Shown here in pieces: positions 10,245 to 24,294 of a stretch of DNA of 64,000 nt. Within the stretch, counting starts at the first letter, position 1. The number at the start of each line of letters is the position of its first letter. The DNA lies in contig CM082576.2 in assembly GCA_040954595.2 (NCBI GenBank), forward strand, positions 19,763,028-19,827,027, in the 5' to 3' direction. Both the position numbers and the translations under genes were made by a program. The DNA is from Balanoglossus misakiensis (taxonomy: Eukaryota > Animalia > Hemichordata). A model generated the notes under the pieces. It did no database searches. It saw only the letters and a list, made by a program, of their open reading frames with translations, and had not been told where the DNA came from.

Positions 10245-13200
10245 TCAATCAGTCACATAATCTTTGTATCGAGACGGCTTTTGTATATTTGTTCTAGTTC
10301 GTGTTGATCTCAACGATTCTTGGGCTGGTGACGCTGGCGTTGCGGGTTGTTGAGGCGGTGTTCCCTCTGTGACTGCTGGTGCAATATTGTGTTGATCCAT
10401 CCCTGTCTGTGCTGGTTTCAGTTCTGCGCTGACTGGTTTCAGGTGGATCCTGTTGCGTCGCATTTGTTTCCCGTTGTCTAACTTCACGGTGTAGGACCTA
10501 GGTGTGTTTGCTGGGGCTACAACTCTCGCTGGACTCCATGTTTTGCTGATTGGGTTTTGTACATGGACTTGTTGACCTGTCAGCAATTATGGTAGTTGTC
10601 TGGAGTGCTGGTCGTGGCTGGAAGTCTGGGCCTGCTGTTGAGATGTCAGGTATTGACGAACTTCCTCCCCGTTTCTTGCTGGGTGAATTTTGGCTGGGAG
10701 AGTTGTCTTGTATGCTCTGCTGTTCAGCAACTCAGCTGGTGATGGTATGTTGGACTTCAATGGAGTCGCGCGAAGTGCCAACAATGCTAGATTCGGATCA
10801 TCTCCGGACTCTTTGCACTTCATCAGGATGTTCTTCACGGTCTGTACATGTCGCTCGATAAAACCGTGCCCTTTGGGATAGTATGGTGATGATGTGACTA
10901 TCGCAAAACCATACTTCTCAGTTAGGCTGTGGAAGTCTCTAGCTGTAAACTGAGATCCGTTGTCACAAACTAGTTTCTCGGGTATTCCTTGCTCTGCAAA
11001 TAGAATTCGGAGGGCTCTCATAATGGTACTGGCTCTGAGGTCTTCAAGTTTCCTAATGAAGGGGAACTTGGAGTAGTAGTCAGCAACTATCATGTACCAT
11101 GTTTGGTTCACGTAGAATAGGTCTGCTCCAATTGTGTGCCACGGTCGTGGTGGAATTTCCATTGGAATCATCGGTTCCTTCTGCTGGGAATTCTGGAATT
11201 TCTGGCACGCGTTGCATCCTGATACTAGTCTCTCTATATCTTTACAAATTCCAGGCCAGTACACGCTGGATCTGGCTCTCAGCTTGCATTTCTCGATCCC
11301 CAGGTGACTGCTATGAATGCGTTGTAGCATTTCATCTCTCATTACTGCTGGTATGAGGAGTCGGCTGCCTATCAGGATAATACCATCTTCGATAGCGATA
11401 TCGTCTCGAATAGACCAGTAGGGTCGAATATCAGCGTGAATGTCCTTGATGCTATCTGGCCATCCTTTCAGGACTTGCTGGATCAATAATTGAAGAATTT
11501 CATCTTTGGTAGTTTCTTCTTTGATCTCCATCTGTCTCATTGGTGTGATCTTCACCAGGTGGTGTATCTGGACTTTCATGTCACTGATTTCGTTCTGATC
11601 TTGTGATGACAGTCTAGATAGTGCGTCGGCAAGTATCATCTGTTTGCCTGGCTTGTAGTGTATGGTGAAATCATACGGCTGTATGCGCAACAGCATTCTC
11701 TGTAATCGGGGTGGTGCCTTGGTCAAATTCTTCCTCTGAATTTGCTCCAACGGTCGATGATCACTCTCTACTATGAAACTTCTGCCGTAGAGATATGTGC
11801 GAAACTTCTCACATCCGTAGACTACCGCGAGTAGTTCTCTTTCTATATTGGCGTATCGGGTTTCCGCTGGTGTCAGGGCCTTGGACGCAAATGCTATAGG
11901 TCTCTGTTCCTGTATGAGCACCGCTCCGATTCCCTTTCCCGATGCGTCGACTTGTAGAGTGACAGGCTTCTTACGGTCGTAGTAAGCAAGTGTAGTCTTT
12001 GTGCTGATCAGGTCCTTGATCATATTGAAAGACTTTGTGTGTGTCGGAGACCACTCAAACTCAGTGTCGTCTCTGATGAGCTCTCTCAGTGGTGTTGTGT
12101 GTTCAGCTAATCTGGGTATGAATGAACCCATGTAGTTCACCATTCCGAGGAATGTGCGCAGTTCGGTCTTGTCTCTAGGCGGATGCATCATCTCTATCGC
12201 CTTGACCTTTTCTGGGTTGGGTTTAACTCCGTCTTCTGTGTATAACATGCCAAAGAAACTACATTCTTTTGTCTTGATGTAGCATTTCTCTTTGTTCAGT
12301 TTAATGCCTGCTTTCCTGGTTCGTTCCATGGCTTCGTGTAGATGCAGGTCATGGTGTCGCTCTCCTGATCCTAAGACTTGTATATCGTCTGCAATGCCGA
12401 CTGCACCTTCACACTCTCTGTATGTTTCATCAATTTTGAATTGAAACACATCTTGGCTCATCCTTAGCCCAAATGGCATTCGTAGGAATCTGTAACGGCC
12501 ATATGGTGTGTTAAAGGTCGTCAGGAAGGATGATTCTTCATCGATCTTTACATTCCAGTATCCGTTCCGCGCGTCTAGCTTGCTGAAAAGTGTTGCGCCT
12601 GCCAACTTTGGGGTAATCTCCTCCAATGTGGGTGTAGGGTAATGATCCCTTTTAATGGCTTTGTTCAAGTCCTTCGGGTCCAGACAAATGCGAAGTCTTC
12701 CATTGTCTTTCTCCCGGACAACAAGAGAATTGACCCAGTTCGTAGGCTGGTTCACTTTGGCGATGATTTGCTTATCTTCCATCTCCTGCAGCTCGGTTTT
12801 GAGTCTATCCATTAGTTCTAATGGAACTCTGCGGGCAGGGTGTACTACTGGTTGTACTTCTGGATCAAGAGTGATGTGGTATGTGTAGTTTTCAAAACAT
12901 CCGACCACGTCGTCAAAGCAATCAGGGTACATCCTCAGCAACTGTTCTTTGTTCTTTATGGGAGGGCGGTCCCTGATGGGTGTATTACTGTCTATGTAGT
13001 CATCTGCAGGGTTTCTGTTTCTTCCTGCTGGCTTCTGTTCGTTCATCTTTCTCTTTTCCACTTCCACATTTCTTCCAGGCTGTGCTGTCTTGCACTCTGG
13101 GCTCGCCTGCACTTGTATGGCTTCTACTGAACAGTTTATTTGTATCAGGTGTAAGGCTCTGCTTGCCTTTAACCCTAAAATGGCTAGGCCTGCGGCGTCA

Positions 13201-13630
13201 GTTACATAGAAGAGGCATCTGATTTTCCTCTCTCTATGTTCACATGGAATGACGATGGTGCCAAGCTGTTTGATTTTGGAACCTCCATATGCGGTAAGGA
13301 TTGTTTTATTTTCCTTCAAGTGCCCGCGTTTTGGATTTCCGTGTTTATCCAGTTTCTCTGGAAATATGATCTTGAAAAGGCAGAGGGGCAGTATATTGCT
13401 CTGTGCACCGGTATCAATCTTGCATCTCAGTGCTACTTTCCTTTTCTTTTTGCTCTATGTGATTGTCAGTTTCGTGTATATTTCTTCTTGTCTGTTGATG
13501 TTGTCCAATGCATTTATTTCGATAGTTCCAACACCTAGGACTTCATCATCTATTTGATGCATGTTGCTGCTCGAGCGTGTCACATTATGGATTGGTTTTC
13601 CACCTCGTCTCTGACTTCGGTTCGCTTGAG
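10245..13630 (-). pseudogene. pol: Pol (protease-RT-RNase H-integrase) with two in-frame stops
   Basis: KIDTGAQSN protease (about 13410), RT LDARNGYW / MPFGL / IADD, RNase H VDASGKGIG / YANIERELL, integrase HHCC plus D-D-E (ADLF, DNGSQF, IER). TAG at 13455-13457 and TAA at 10587-10589 in the same frame. Confidence 0.93.
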
Positions 13631-14388
13631 CTGGTTTTGGAACGGCATACCGCCTGCCAGTGATTAGGTTTCCCACAATTTCGGCATTTCGAGCCATATG
13701 CTGGGCAGTTACTTTTCACTGAGGTGTCATGCTTTTTTCCGAAATGCTTACATTGTTTGGGGTGTGTCTTGTTGGGCTGCCTTTTTACTGTGTTGACAGC
13801 TTTGCTATCCACAGGATTAGCAATATGGCAATTTGTGAGCGTTTTCATGTGTTTTGTTGTGGCTTCGTGACCTCTAGCTATATCGAGCGCCTCCTTCAAG
13901 GTCAGTTTCTCATCACGCCCAATAAGTTTCTTCTGTATTTCTTGGTGACAGATCCCCCATATCAACTGATCTACGAGTCTTGCTTCCTGTTCTTTTGTAT
14001 CCCCAAATTCGCATTTGGCGGCTTCATTTTTCAATTTCGAAAAGAAATCATCAACTGGTTCTCCAGGGTCTTGTCTCATATCTTGGAATTGGTATCTATG
14101 TATGCGATGATTCGACTTCGGCTCTAAGTGTTCGGAAAATTTGTCGAATAGTACTGTGGGGTCTTTCCGCTGGTCTTCATTTTCAAACGACCAACTGTTG
14201 TATTTGTCAAGACCTGGTTCACCGGACCATAGAAGTATGTAGCTAGCTTTCTCTTCATTAGCATCTTTAAGTGCTGTCTTAAATGTTAACTCACATTTTT
14301 GATGAAAACGACTGAAGGCTATTGCTAGATCTGGCGCGTCCCATTCCATCTTTGGGGCTGTGAAGGGCGTTTGTAGTGCGGCCGCCAT
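13585..14388 (-). CDS. gag: Gag of the Gypsy element (267 aa, C-terminal Zn knuckles)
   Basis: CPAYGSKCRNCGKPNHWQAVC CCHC knuckle, preceded by a degenerate knuckle (CKHFGKKH...C); located just downstream of the PBS. Confidence 0.88.
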   Translation of the reverse strand: MAAALQTPFTAPKMEWDAPDLAIAFSRFHQKCELTFKTALKDANEEKASYILLWSGEPGLDKYNSWSFENEDQRKDPTVLFDKFSEHLEPKSNHRIHRYQFQDMRQDPGEPVDDFFSKLKNEAAKCEFGDTKEQEARLVDQLIWGICHQEIQKKLIGRDEKLTLKEALDIARGHEATTKHMKTLTNCHIANPVDSKAVNTVKRQPNKTHPKQCKHFGKKHDTSVKSNCPAYGSKCRNCGKPNHWQAVCRSKTSSSEPKSETRWKTNP

Positions 14389-14484
14389 CTTGTCAGGTCA
14401 GTTCGATGGTCTTTTCTTCTGTAGTTTTGGTGTCTTGTGTAGTCGATACTGTGTAAAGTCTGCTTACATCTGATCACTCACGTT

Positions 14485-14498
14485 CACCGCTGCCACCA
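14485..14498 (-). promoter_or_regulatory. Primer-binding site complementary to the tRNA-Leu 3' end
   Basis: Minus strand reads TGGTGGCAGCGGTG immediately after the 5' LTR, complementary to ...CACCGCTGCCACCA-3' of tRNA-Leu. Confidence 0.8.
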
Positions 14499-14702
14499 TG
14501 TTATGTTTCCATCAACATGGGAATAATAATGCGATCATAAGGTATAACAACAACCTATTTATTGATCGGCTGAAAAGACTCAACAATGTGCTTCGCCTTA
14601 TCTGGGCGGAAGTGACGTCGTACAGCAATTCATAAACAAGTGGAACACCAACAATGCAACACTAGAGGGCGCTATATTGATCGTACCTGTCAGAATACTA
14701 CA
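14499..14702 (-). repeat. 5' LTR (204 bp)
   Basis: Direct repeat of 9822-10025, adjacent to the PBS. Confidence 0.95.
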
Positions 14703-17299
14703 CCCCCCCCCCCCGCATGTTTAAAGGTTTCTATAGAAAAGCATTGTTGAGGTTCACAAAACTTTGAAGAAGCTTTGCAACACTAACTTTGGCCAAAGAT
14801 TTGAATGTTAAGGTTTCACAAACGGAGTTACAGCTGAGGTTCAACTAAGACTAGTATAAGAGGCTTCAGCACGCCAAGTCTTGTAGCAAGCTTCAACACA
14901 AAGCTTTTTGCAACATTGTTCAAAGCGTTGTCAAAGGTACTGCACAACCCTGGTGAAGTAGTGCTATATTTTCAATTAAATGGCTTAAGCCATTTGTCTC
15001 TCCAACCAGAATTGCACCAGAGTTAAATACACACAGCTTGAAATTGTAAAATGTTGCAAAATCAAACGATCACATCCTTACACCTATTATTAGAACCAGA
15101 AGTTGAGTCAAAATTTTCCTACCTAGAAATTTTCTTTCCTATGAAGTTTTTTGCTTATTGGCATTCATATGGGAGCCTAGACCTATTCCAGCTGAGTTGC
15201 CAAAATGGCAATGTTGGACAATTCTTCTAATATGCATGATCAAAAATGGCCGCCAAATACCTTCTCTAAAATAAAACTTGGCCCTTTTTTCTCAAAATTA
15301 TGTGTAATATCTAAAATTTCAGGATTTGCATCCATATTGGTTATGTATTGCAAATATGGCAGTGTTTGGCAACTTTTCTATTTTGCATAATCAAAAATGG
15401 CCGCCAATCACCACTAAAAGTGAAATTTTGCCATGTTTCCCAAAATGATGCGCAATATCGTATTTTCAGGATTAGCACATTCATATGGGTACCTTTAACA
15501 ATACAACTGTGTTGCAAATTTGGCAGTGTTACCGTACTAATCATGAAGCAAGGAAGTGCAAACTCTGTATCCCAAATATATGTCTATCCCCACTGATAGG
15601 AGTCACAAAGAGCCAGCCCCTCTGCATCATCCTGTTCCTCAATCTCACGATGGGAATCCTTTTCAGAATTCCGACCTCAAAACATCCAGGGATTCACCAT
15701 CATTCACCACACCCTCGTCAGTATCCACCATGTTTAGATCCAATGCCTGAACATGTTGTCTCTTTATCTATGGATTGCGTTAAAGGCCAGTGGGAGTTTC
15801 ATCTCCTTTTTTTGCAATTTTGACCATTTTTATCTGGTGCATAATGCTAGAGTACATATCATCCATACAGGATGATGCATGTACAGTGATGGGAAATGTA
15901 TCAATCCACTCCTGCACTAGATTTGCATACAGTGCCATACCTTTTAGGGCTATTTTCTTGACCTTTTTGATAGTCTGCTGGCCAAAAGTGGCTGGCCAAA
16001 GTGGCCAGCAGAGACATTCTTCCAATACCCTTCATAGTGCCAACAGACAAGGCTTGGATATACAACCTGTGTTGCTTGTAAGGCACACATCTCCAATTGG
16101 TACATTGGGCCAATTATACTGTACATGTACAGCTAGGAAAAAAATATACTTCATCATAGTTTCCATGGTCAGCAGCTTCAATAACTTGTTGCCTTTTCTT
16201 ACTGAACATTTAGACTTATAAAGAAGTATAACAAGAATAAAGTTGTCCAATTAGTGTTGGCAGGGGGGTGGGGGATGTGTTCTCCCATACAAAGGTGTAT
16301 AGGTATGTAGTCTTTAAGAAAAACTTGGGGTAAATGACCAGAAAATTTGACTTATAATACAAATAGGTCGGGTTTTGGGCATTTACACGTGTTGATGTTA
16401 TCGACTGGGGCGACAGACTACCATCCGAAAAAATTTCAAGTACCCCCCCCCCCCCTCGGGTGCCGGCCAGTGGGATGGAGGTGATAGAAACTGTTGCAGA
16501 CACAATAGAGGCCTACAACCTGAAAACCTTCTGGCTTTAACCGAGGACTTGCCATTAAAGATACCTGTAGGCCTCTATATGCTGCTCCCACATACACTCC
16601 CAGTCCTAAACCTTGCATCTGATTTGTGGTGCAGATGAATAATTAAGATTGGCTTGACAATTAGCACACTTAATTGCCTGTTATGAGATATAATACATAC
16701 AATCATGGGACAAGAATGGCAAAAGTTAAATTATCCAGCAGGTGTTTGAATTATGCAACTTAGAGCAGTTGTCTAATATTGCCATGTCAACCATGTTGAA
16801 ATTTTTTTAGGTACCCATATTAATGGAAACCCTGCAAATTCGATATTACACACCATTTAAAACAAATATGGGAAATTAACATGTTAGAGAAATTTGGCGG
16901 CCATTTTGGATTATGCAAATTAGAACAGTTGTCTAATATTGCCATGTCAACCATTTTGAAATTGTTTTAGGTACCCAGGAGAGTTGAATGAAAATGCCAT
17001 TTGCAATGCAGTTGTCTTGTATTGGGTGCCCATATTAAGGCATTCTTGAAAACGAAACATTATTCATCATTTTGACGCAAACAGAAAAGGTGTTCAAATG
17101 TAAATTAGAAGAGTTGCCCAACCCTGCCATATTTGCAATACAGTTGTAGTGACTGTCAACTCGACTACAGACAGTCTCGATGAACACAAGACATGATCCC
17201 AATTTGCAAGCTGAGTTGAAACTGACTGCTGCAGTAACTTAGCTGTGGGAATGTCTTGTGTGATTTAAAACAATGATGACCAAATTTAACACAGTTTCT

Positions 17300-18560
17300 C
17301 TGAGGTAACCATTTAGCTTTCGTGACTAAGTTTGTTTAAGAATCCTTTATTCTACCCAAGGAACAAATTTCCTTAGAATTTCACAACTGAGACACAGTTT
17401 ACAGATATACAAAAAGTGCGTACTACAAACATAAGAAATTGTTTGCATTTTTTTTCTGATGGCAATGCATTTGACTGTAAACAGACATTGACGTCCTTTA
17501 GTAAGGGACTGTTCAGTTTTGGTGGAGGGGGGGGGGGCAAAAATTTGTGTCATTGGTTTTCAAAATCAGGCCGACACCCCCTTCAACCAGGACCAAAAAA
17601 ATGATGACCCCCCCCCCCCTTTGACAGGACCAAAATATGATGACCCTCCTCCCACCCCGAAAACATTTGCCATCCTTATCTTATGTACACTGACTGTATG
17701 CAATAAAGGTAAAGGGTCTCCTCACACCTCAATTCTAAATTTCTTAAAGAAATTTATAATTTGAAGTGTATAATTATATAGCGTTGCAATAAAGAAGGTC
17801 TATGGATAAATTAAAAGGACACGTTAATACAATAGTTGGTAGAATTGGTAAAACAAGAAAAGTGGAAGGGGTGGGTGTACGTAGGACAATTTTGTAAAAT
17901 ACAATTAATGCATTTTAATGAACTCAAAGGCAAATTAACTTAATGTTGGGGAGGACAAATTTCACTTTTGCCACTCAAAGTTAACATCAGTGGGGGTGGG
18001 ATGCCAAGTATTCTGCCCTGGTACACTATATGTGGCGAAGAAATAAGGGGATGGGTGTGGGAGGGGATGTCCCCCTTCCACATAAGAAAACTTTGTAAAA
18101 TATGTAGCTCAAAGTTGCATTTTAATGAAGTCAAAAGCAAATTATCTCAATGTTTGAAAGGACCAATTTTACTGTTGCTACTCCACTCAAAGTTAGCATC
18201 GGTGGGTACATGTATATGACCTCCCCCCTAAACGTTTGAAAAAAAGATGACTCCCTCTTTTGGATTTCAAAATTTAAGTGACCCCCTGGATTTTGCCAGC
18301 CTCCCCCCACCGTAAAAACTGAATGGTCCCTAAGCGCTATTTTGTCAGTGAAATGGCTCCAATGTTATCCCTCCAACTATAGTTGAAACGGAGTTAAATA
18401 TGTACAGCTTGAAATCATAAAATGTTGCAAAATTGAACCAAGAGTTTGGTCAATGATCAAGTTCTTACAGCTATTACTAGAACCATACAGTCTCAGCGAA
18501 CAAGAGACATTGGTCCGATTTGCAAGCCGAGTTGGAACTGACTTTGCCTGCACACAGATG
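17300..18560 (+). repeat. Older dispersed repeat split by the MITE; inverted paralogue at about 25880-26312, partial copy at about 14960-15100
   Basis: Shared blocks such as TTTCTGATGGCAATGCATTT, CAGCTTGAAAT..TAAAATGT and TTTGCAAGC.GAGTTG.AACT. Confidence 0.65.
17505..18330. mobile_element. MITE with TAA TSD and GGG..CCC ends (PIF/Harbinger-like)
   Basis: TIR GGGACTGTTCAGTTTT / AAAACTGAATGGTCCC (14/16); TAA at 17502-17504 and 18331-18333. The host repeat is uninterrupted in its inverted paralogue at about 25880-26312. Confidence 0.75.
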
Positions 18561-19069
18561 TGCCAATTTCAGCGAATCTTATCGTATTTAAAAATGAATA
18601 TGGAGAATTGTTATCTGTGTTCCTATTGCTAGCCTACATACATGTAGCTGTTGTCATTCTAGTGTTTTTTTCTGTATACCAAAATTGCCACACTGTTTGG
18701 GATACTTTTATCAAATGTTATGTGATACTATATCAGCCTGTTTTGGGGATCTTGACAATGACATATATTAGACTTTTCATACACAGCATGAGGTAGAATT
18801 TCAGAAACGATTAGGTAATAAGACTGCATATCTCATAGGAAATAATCACTTTAGAAGTATTACGATAAAAAAATCATTTCACTCTTATTGGGAGCATACA
18901 TTTGTAAAACATACATACAGACATGAATACAGACATAGAGAGATCAAGGTGTATACGATTTTCAGTGGGGGAGGGGGTCCTCCTTAATTGCAAACAACTA
19001 TGTAATGGTAATTTCCCTTTTATAATAACAATTTTTGAGGTATAAGGAAAAAATATCAAACAAAATAAA

Positions 19070-20627
19070 CAAAAAAACTAATTCAGCTATGATTTGATTC
19101 AATTATCATTCTAAAGAAGCACATATCATTAACTCACAACTAAACTTTTAAAGTGATCAACCATGCACTTTCTGAGAATTTTTTTTATGCCCCCAAAATA
19201 CAATTTTTTCATTTTCAGAACATTTATGATATATCACAGTAAAAAAATCCCCTGGAAACTGCAAAACAAAAAATTGCAAAGCAATCAAACAAAAATGGCA
19301 AAAACTGTCAACAAAAACTATATTGACACTTCCATCATAGGATTTGTTAAAATGTCGTGATAACACACCTAGGAACCTGCAAACCAAATTTCAAAGAACT
19401 GTGAGTAGAGGTTTTTGAGTATTTGACCAAAATCACCCCAAAAATATACTTCAAACCAAATATTAACTGAATATGCTCACGTGCAGTACTGTGATTGGTT
19501 GACAGAATAACAAGATTAGAAAAACCAGTGTTAAACCAATTTGGTTTATAGTGTATATGGTGTAAGGGTTGTGTGTTGCACCATTGTGAAATGTAAACAT
19601 GTTTGTGGAATTGTTGCCTTGTCAATTTTTGTGAGGGGTTATGAGTCATGTACCCCATCCTGAACTGCATAAAAAGATAAGTCTATGGAATTCTAAAACT
19701 CGTTGATCAAAAATGGCAAGAAATATACCAACAAGTATGAATATTTCACCAGATTTCAACAAATCTGATTTCTGTTCATGCCTAAGAACCTCTTTAACAA
19801 GTTTCAATAAGGAAGACATTTTGGCAAACAACAGGTAATTCAGACAAATCTGACTGATATCACATATATGATTTCCCATTCAAAGTTTCCAATCAATTGG
19901 ACTTGTGGTTTTACTGAAGACTATTTGGCCAAACCCTGCAGAATTCCCAAAAAATACAATTATGCAAATTTCTTTACAATTTGATCATATTTGACTGAGA
20001 TCACCCCTTGAAACCCAAATACAAAGTATCAAAACAATTGCACTTACAGTTTCACGGGATTTGATTTTTTGACAAAAACAGGAAATATTGCCCAAAAATG
20101 CATTTTTGCAAATTTCACCACCGTTTGCACAAATGTGATTCAGGTAAGCCCTATGAACCTCCATACCAAGTTTCCAATCAATGTAATTTCAGAGAAGAAT
20201 TTTTTTTAACAAAACTGCAGAAAATTCCCCCAAAAATTCATAAAAAATAGCAAACGCCAGATACTGTCTCCACCTGAACAAAATCATACGAGGTCTTCCC
20301 ATAGTACTTGCACACCAATGCACGCCAATTTTTAACTGAATCTGATCCGCTGTTATTAAGTTTTTCAATTTTGACTACTTGAACATTTTTCCAGTTAATA
20401 CCAGTATGCATTTTTTCGCAATAACAATTTCTATGTACACACTAAATATCAGTAGTTTCAAGTTTTTGATGTTGATGGACATACACATACATACATCAAT
20501 ACATTTAGACGAAACTGATCCATTCGCAAAATACATAATTCTGTATGAGGCACACATACAGACATACATAGACGACGGACACCAACTTATGCTATAAGCT
20601 GACATTGATATACATGTTAGCCAAAAA
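19070..20627 (-). repeat. Degenerate HINE/DINE-1-like repeat of another family
   Basis: Internal tandem modules and (CATA)n, ending in the imperfect palindrome GCTGACAT..ATGTTAGC plus A5; left boundary approximate. Confidence 0.4.
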
Positions 20628-21539
20628 CCAAAATCAACCTCAAAATAGACATTAAAATATATTGCACCACCATGAGAAGACAAATTCATTTTTCGACAAA
20701 TTTTCTGGGGCGTCATTGATATACCAAGCATATTGTCAAAGTACGTAGTCTCTGTGATAAGATTCCATACACACAAAATGGTAACCTTGGAAGTCCAGCT
20801 GACGTAGTTATGCAATGGCGTCTCGTGTATTCCGTCGCCAAAAAATCATCGTAAAATTGATAGTCGGGGTCACAATTCAAGACGACTTTCTCTAAATTCT
20901 TTATGAATGGATTAAATCGAAATCGAAATGTTGACGTATGACGTACGGAATGAGATCTGAACAGACATTCAATGTTATCATTCTCGCTCGATCACATATT
21001 GGGTAAGCCATCTAGCAATCGCTATATAGTATTGGCGATAACAGACTGTCTATAAACTCACAAAACGGATTTTACTGTTGAGTGTGATCAACCGCCACGT
21101 TATTTTTCTCTGAACAATAGACAAATAGAAAGCCTGGTGACATTTTGAGATTGACTGCGTGAGGACCACAATATGCGTGAATCATTTACGGTTTGTCTTG
21201 ATGAATGGGTCACGTCATAGTCATAACGCGGATTCGGCTGCACGCCAACTATCCGCCATATTGTCTCCACTAACTTACTCGTAAGTAGTTTCAAACTTCA
21301 TTTGAAAAGAGTATTCGTCTGACGGTCCTGTAGATTAACAATTTACGCTCTATGAAGCAACTAAACAACGTTAGCTTCCTTGTGGATTCACGTAGGGAAG
21401 TTATTCGTAACGACGGGTACAGCGTCTGAGCATGGACAGAACCACGGCAATATCGCCAGGAATGTCTCATTTCACAGCGCCCTCAAACTGTCGATCTCCT
21501 CAAACTATCGTTTCCACTGGTCATATATGCGGCATTAAC

Positions 21540-21800
21540 GAAAGCTCACATAGACAATCATGTAATAGAAAAATTAAAACTTAAATAACTTCATTAATAT
21601 CAAAGCCACACGCACCAAAACCTTTTCAGTTCTTGCCATATGATATCTGAACCTGTGTACTAAATTTGGTTGAAATCGGTTCAGCGGTTCTTTAGATATT
21701 GGGTATACAGACAGACACACACACACATACATACATACACACACACACACACAGACATCGCTAAACCATAAGCTCACGTGATTTTCACGTGAGCTAAAAA
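21540..21800 (-). mobile_element. Short HINE/DINE-1-like element of a different family
   Basis: Terminal palindrome AGCTCACGTG-ATTTT-CACGTGAGCT plus A5, adjacent (CA/CATA)n microsatellite, and a second AGCTCAC at 21543. Confidence 0.6.
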
Positions 21801-22559
21801 TGAAAAAAAATCCATGAGGTCTCAAAATGAATACACACCAATTTCTAAAGCAATTTGACCAATTTCCACCAATTTCACATTGGTCCCAGTGGTAGATAGA
21901 CATATACGAAATGGGAACCAAAGAATAAAACACATTTCAAAGATTTAACACATCTTTTTCCTCAAGAGTGTTTTTCAAATCTTCTCCACATCCTTCAAAA
22001 TCGCCACCATAAAACCATATTACTTGTAGTGCTTATGTTTGTCATATCTAGGTGATGCATACCACTATAGATGTGTACCCTTTGTATAGAGGCAGATTAA
22101 ACAGGTGTGGTACCTGTTAAATATCTGACTTCTTTAAATTACAGCCACAATCGTCAGTCAACAAGATGTTCATGTAGATGTATACCTAGCAGTAAGCTTA
22201 TTTAGATTGACAAATCTTAGATGAAAATAATGAAAAAGTGGCACAACCCTTAGGGCTTTAACTAGCAGCTTTATGCCAGATGAGTTCGAGTCTAACGATG
22301 TAATGTTGACATTAAGGTTTCATTGAAATAACTTGGGAACCTCTCTACTATTTGAAGCACCAAAGCTGTGAAAAACTTCCTTCTTTCCCTGAGTTTTTTA
22401 TGAATATGTTCTAATCTGGGACAACAATTTGTTGCCAAGTGTCTTGACCCCTTTACCAAATGTCAGGGACCGGATTTTTTTCAGCAAAATTTCAAATAAC
22501 CTTGGCTGATTTTTTACCTACTTTCACATATTGGGTAGCATGAAACAAAGTATGGCTTC

Positions 22560-23745
22560 CAGAAGGGTTATAGATACAGTGTTTTGTAATAACAAGAATT
22601 AACATGAAACTATAATTTCATGGTTAATTTAGGACCGCCTTAATCTATGGTAATGTCATTAAATATTTGCATATCTAATTGTAGGCTATCCAGTGGAGGG
22701 AGAAACCTAAACATGGACAACATTGGGGTCAAAATTGTTTGACAGAACTTTGGGTGACTTTGGGTAAACCTTGACCAACATTACTATATCTTGGCATCCA
22801 GAGCAGATGCAACCTTGACACTTGGAGTGATGGAAATGCATAATGGAGTATTATGTCTCAGCTAGTCACAGTGCTTTTGCTGTGTTTTATGTCTTTTATT
22901 CAGCCAAATTAGATGTTTTTTATTACACATTGGCTGTGTTTGCCAGTACTTTTTAGCTGGTCACACTGCCTTAAGACAATGTATTCTCAAAATACCATGC
23001 AATCATTATGAAGCATATACAGCAGACAAAGTTATGGTATGACTGAACTTGCCCTTCTTTGTGACTAAAGCATGACCGGCCTGTCTTAGGTGGCCCCTAC
23101 CTAGGGGCTTTACCCGTCATTGGCTCACAGTCTGAGAAATCAGCTCTGCAGGGAAGTTAACGATGTAACCCACCATTAAAGCTTGGATTTCCGCTTTTTG
23201 TATCTGATGCCTGGCTGAGGCCTTCTTAGGATCTACCCAATGCTGAGTAGGCTATCCCGTCATTGGCACACAGTCTCAGGGAGGGAGTCCAAAGTTCAGT
23301 ATACCAGCAAAGCCTTTATATTGTCCATTCTTTTTAAGAGAAGGCTGGCTGCTGTAGAAAAATGTTGATCTCAAATGTATCATGTCCAAAAAAAGGCAGA
23401 CTTCCAGCCCTATTGGTTAGGCTGGCATTAGGTATGTACATAATTAATGAGGCAAGACATAATATTCCATTACATAGTTCCATAACTCCAAGTGTCAAGG
23501 ATGTATCTGTGCCGGATGCCAAGATATAGGAATGTAGGTCAAAGTTTACCCAAGATCACCCAAAAGTTTGTCAAAAGATTTTGACCCCAGAGTTGTCCAT
23601 GTCCAGGTTACCACATCCACTAGAATAAGATATGCACATATTTAATGAGGTTACCATAGCTCAAGGGGGTCTTTAATTAACCATCAACATTTAGTTTCAT
23701 ATTAATGCATGTTAATATAATACACTGTATCTATAACCCTACTGG
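22560..23745. repeat. Pair of inverted diverged repeats (about 22560-22860 and 23452-23745) related to HINE body modules
   Basis: ATATCTTGGCATCC, CCTTGACACTTGGAGT and GGGGTCAAAAT blocks occur in opposite orientations. Confidence 0.6.
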
Positions 23746-24294
23746 TAAGCCTAGAATTAGGTACATGCGAAAGTTTTTGACAAGATAGATAAGTTGTAAA
23801 ATATGTACATGAACCTGACAATTGACTTAAAATAACATAAGGCAGACTTGATACTTATCGGAGATAGATACTAATAACAACAGTGATGTTAATTACACCG
23901 GGAATGTTTGTCTTATTATAGCTACATGTAAAAGACTGCTTGAGGTAATGTAATTAAAGTGACCACTTGCGATTCACCTTCAAAGTGCTATGCAAGTCTA
24001 CGGTACATTGTTTTTCCAATGATTGGACAAAGGATATTCATAATGTGTAATTAAGGCTGGATAGCATTTTCAATGTAATAAGCCCTGCCTTCACTATAAT
24101 CTTACGCCAAATCAACATTGTTCAATTTATGTTAATAATTTCACTAAGGGATACTTGTTACATCAAATTTCCCAGCAAGGGGTGTCAGATTATTGGGCAA
24201 GTGGCATGCATGACACTAGACGATACTTTTGGAAGCAAAGCGGACAGAACACGGCTGGATATAGACTAGGTAATTCTGAATGTGACCATGAACT

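Larger units (their letters stand above)
9822..14702 (-). mobile_element. Full-length Ty3/Gypsy LTR retrotransposon (Mag-like), coding region mutated
   Basis: 204-bp TG..CA LTRs, tRNA-Leu PBS, PPT, gag-PR-RT-RH-IN order. Inserted in a poly-C run (C6 left, C12 right), so TSD length is ambiguous. Confidence 0.97.

Noticed and set aside
13455-13457. Programmed stop-codon readthrough before the protease
   Set aside because: The element has two other lesions, and a CAG-to-TAG mutation is simpler; no support without other copies.
15590-16131. Possible minus-strand exon with an acceptor near 16132
   Set aside because: Multiple stops and frame changes, no recognisable motif.
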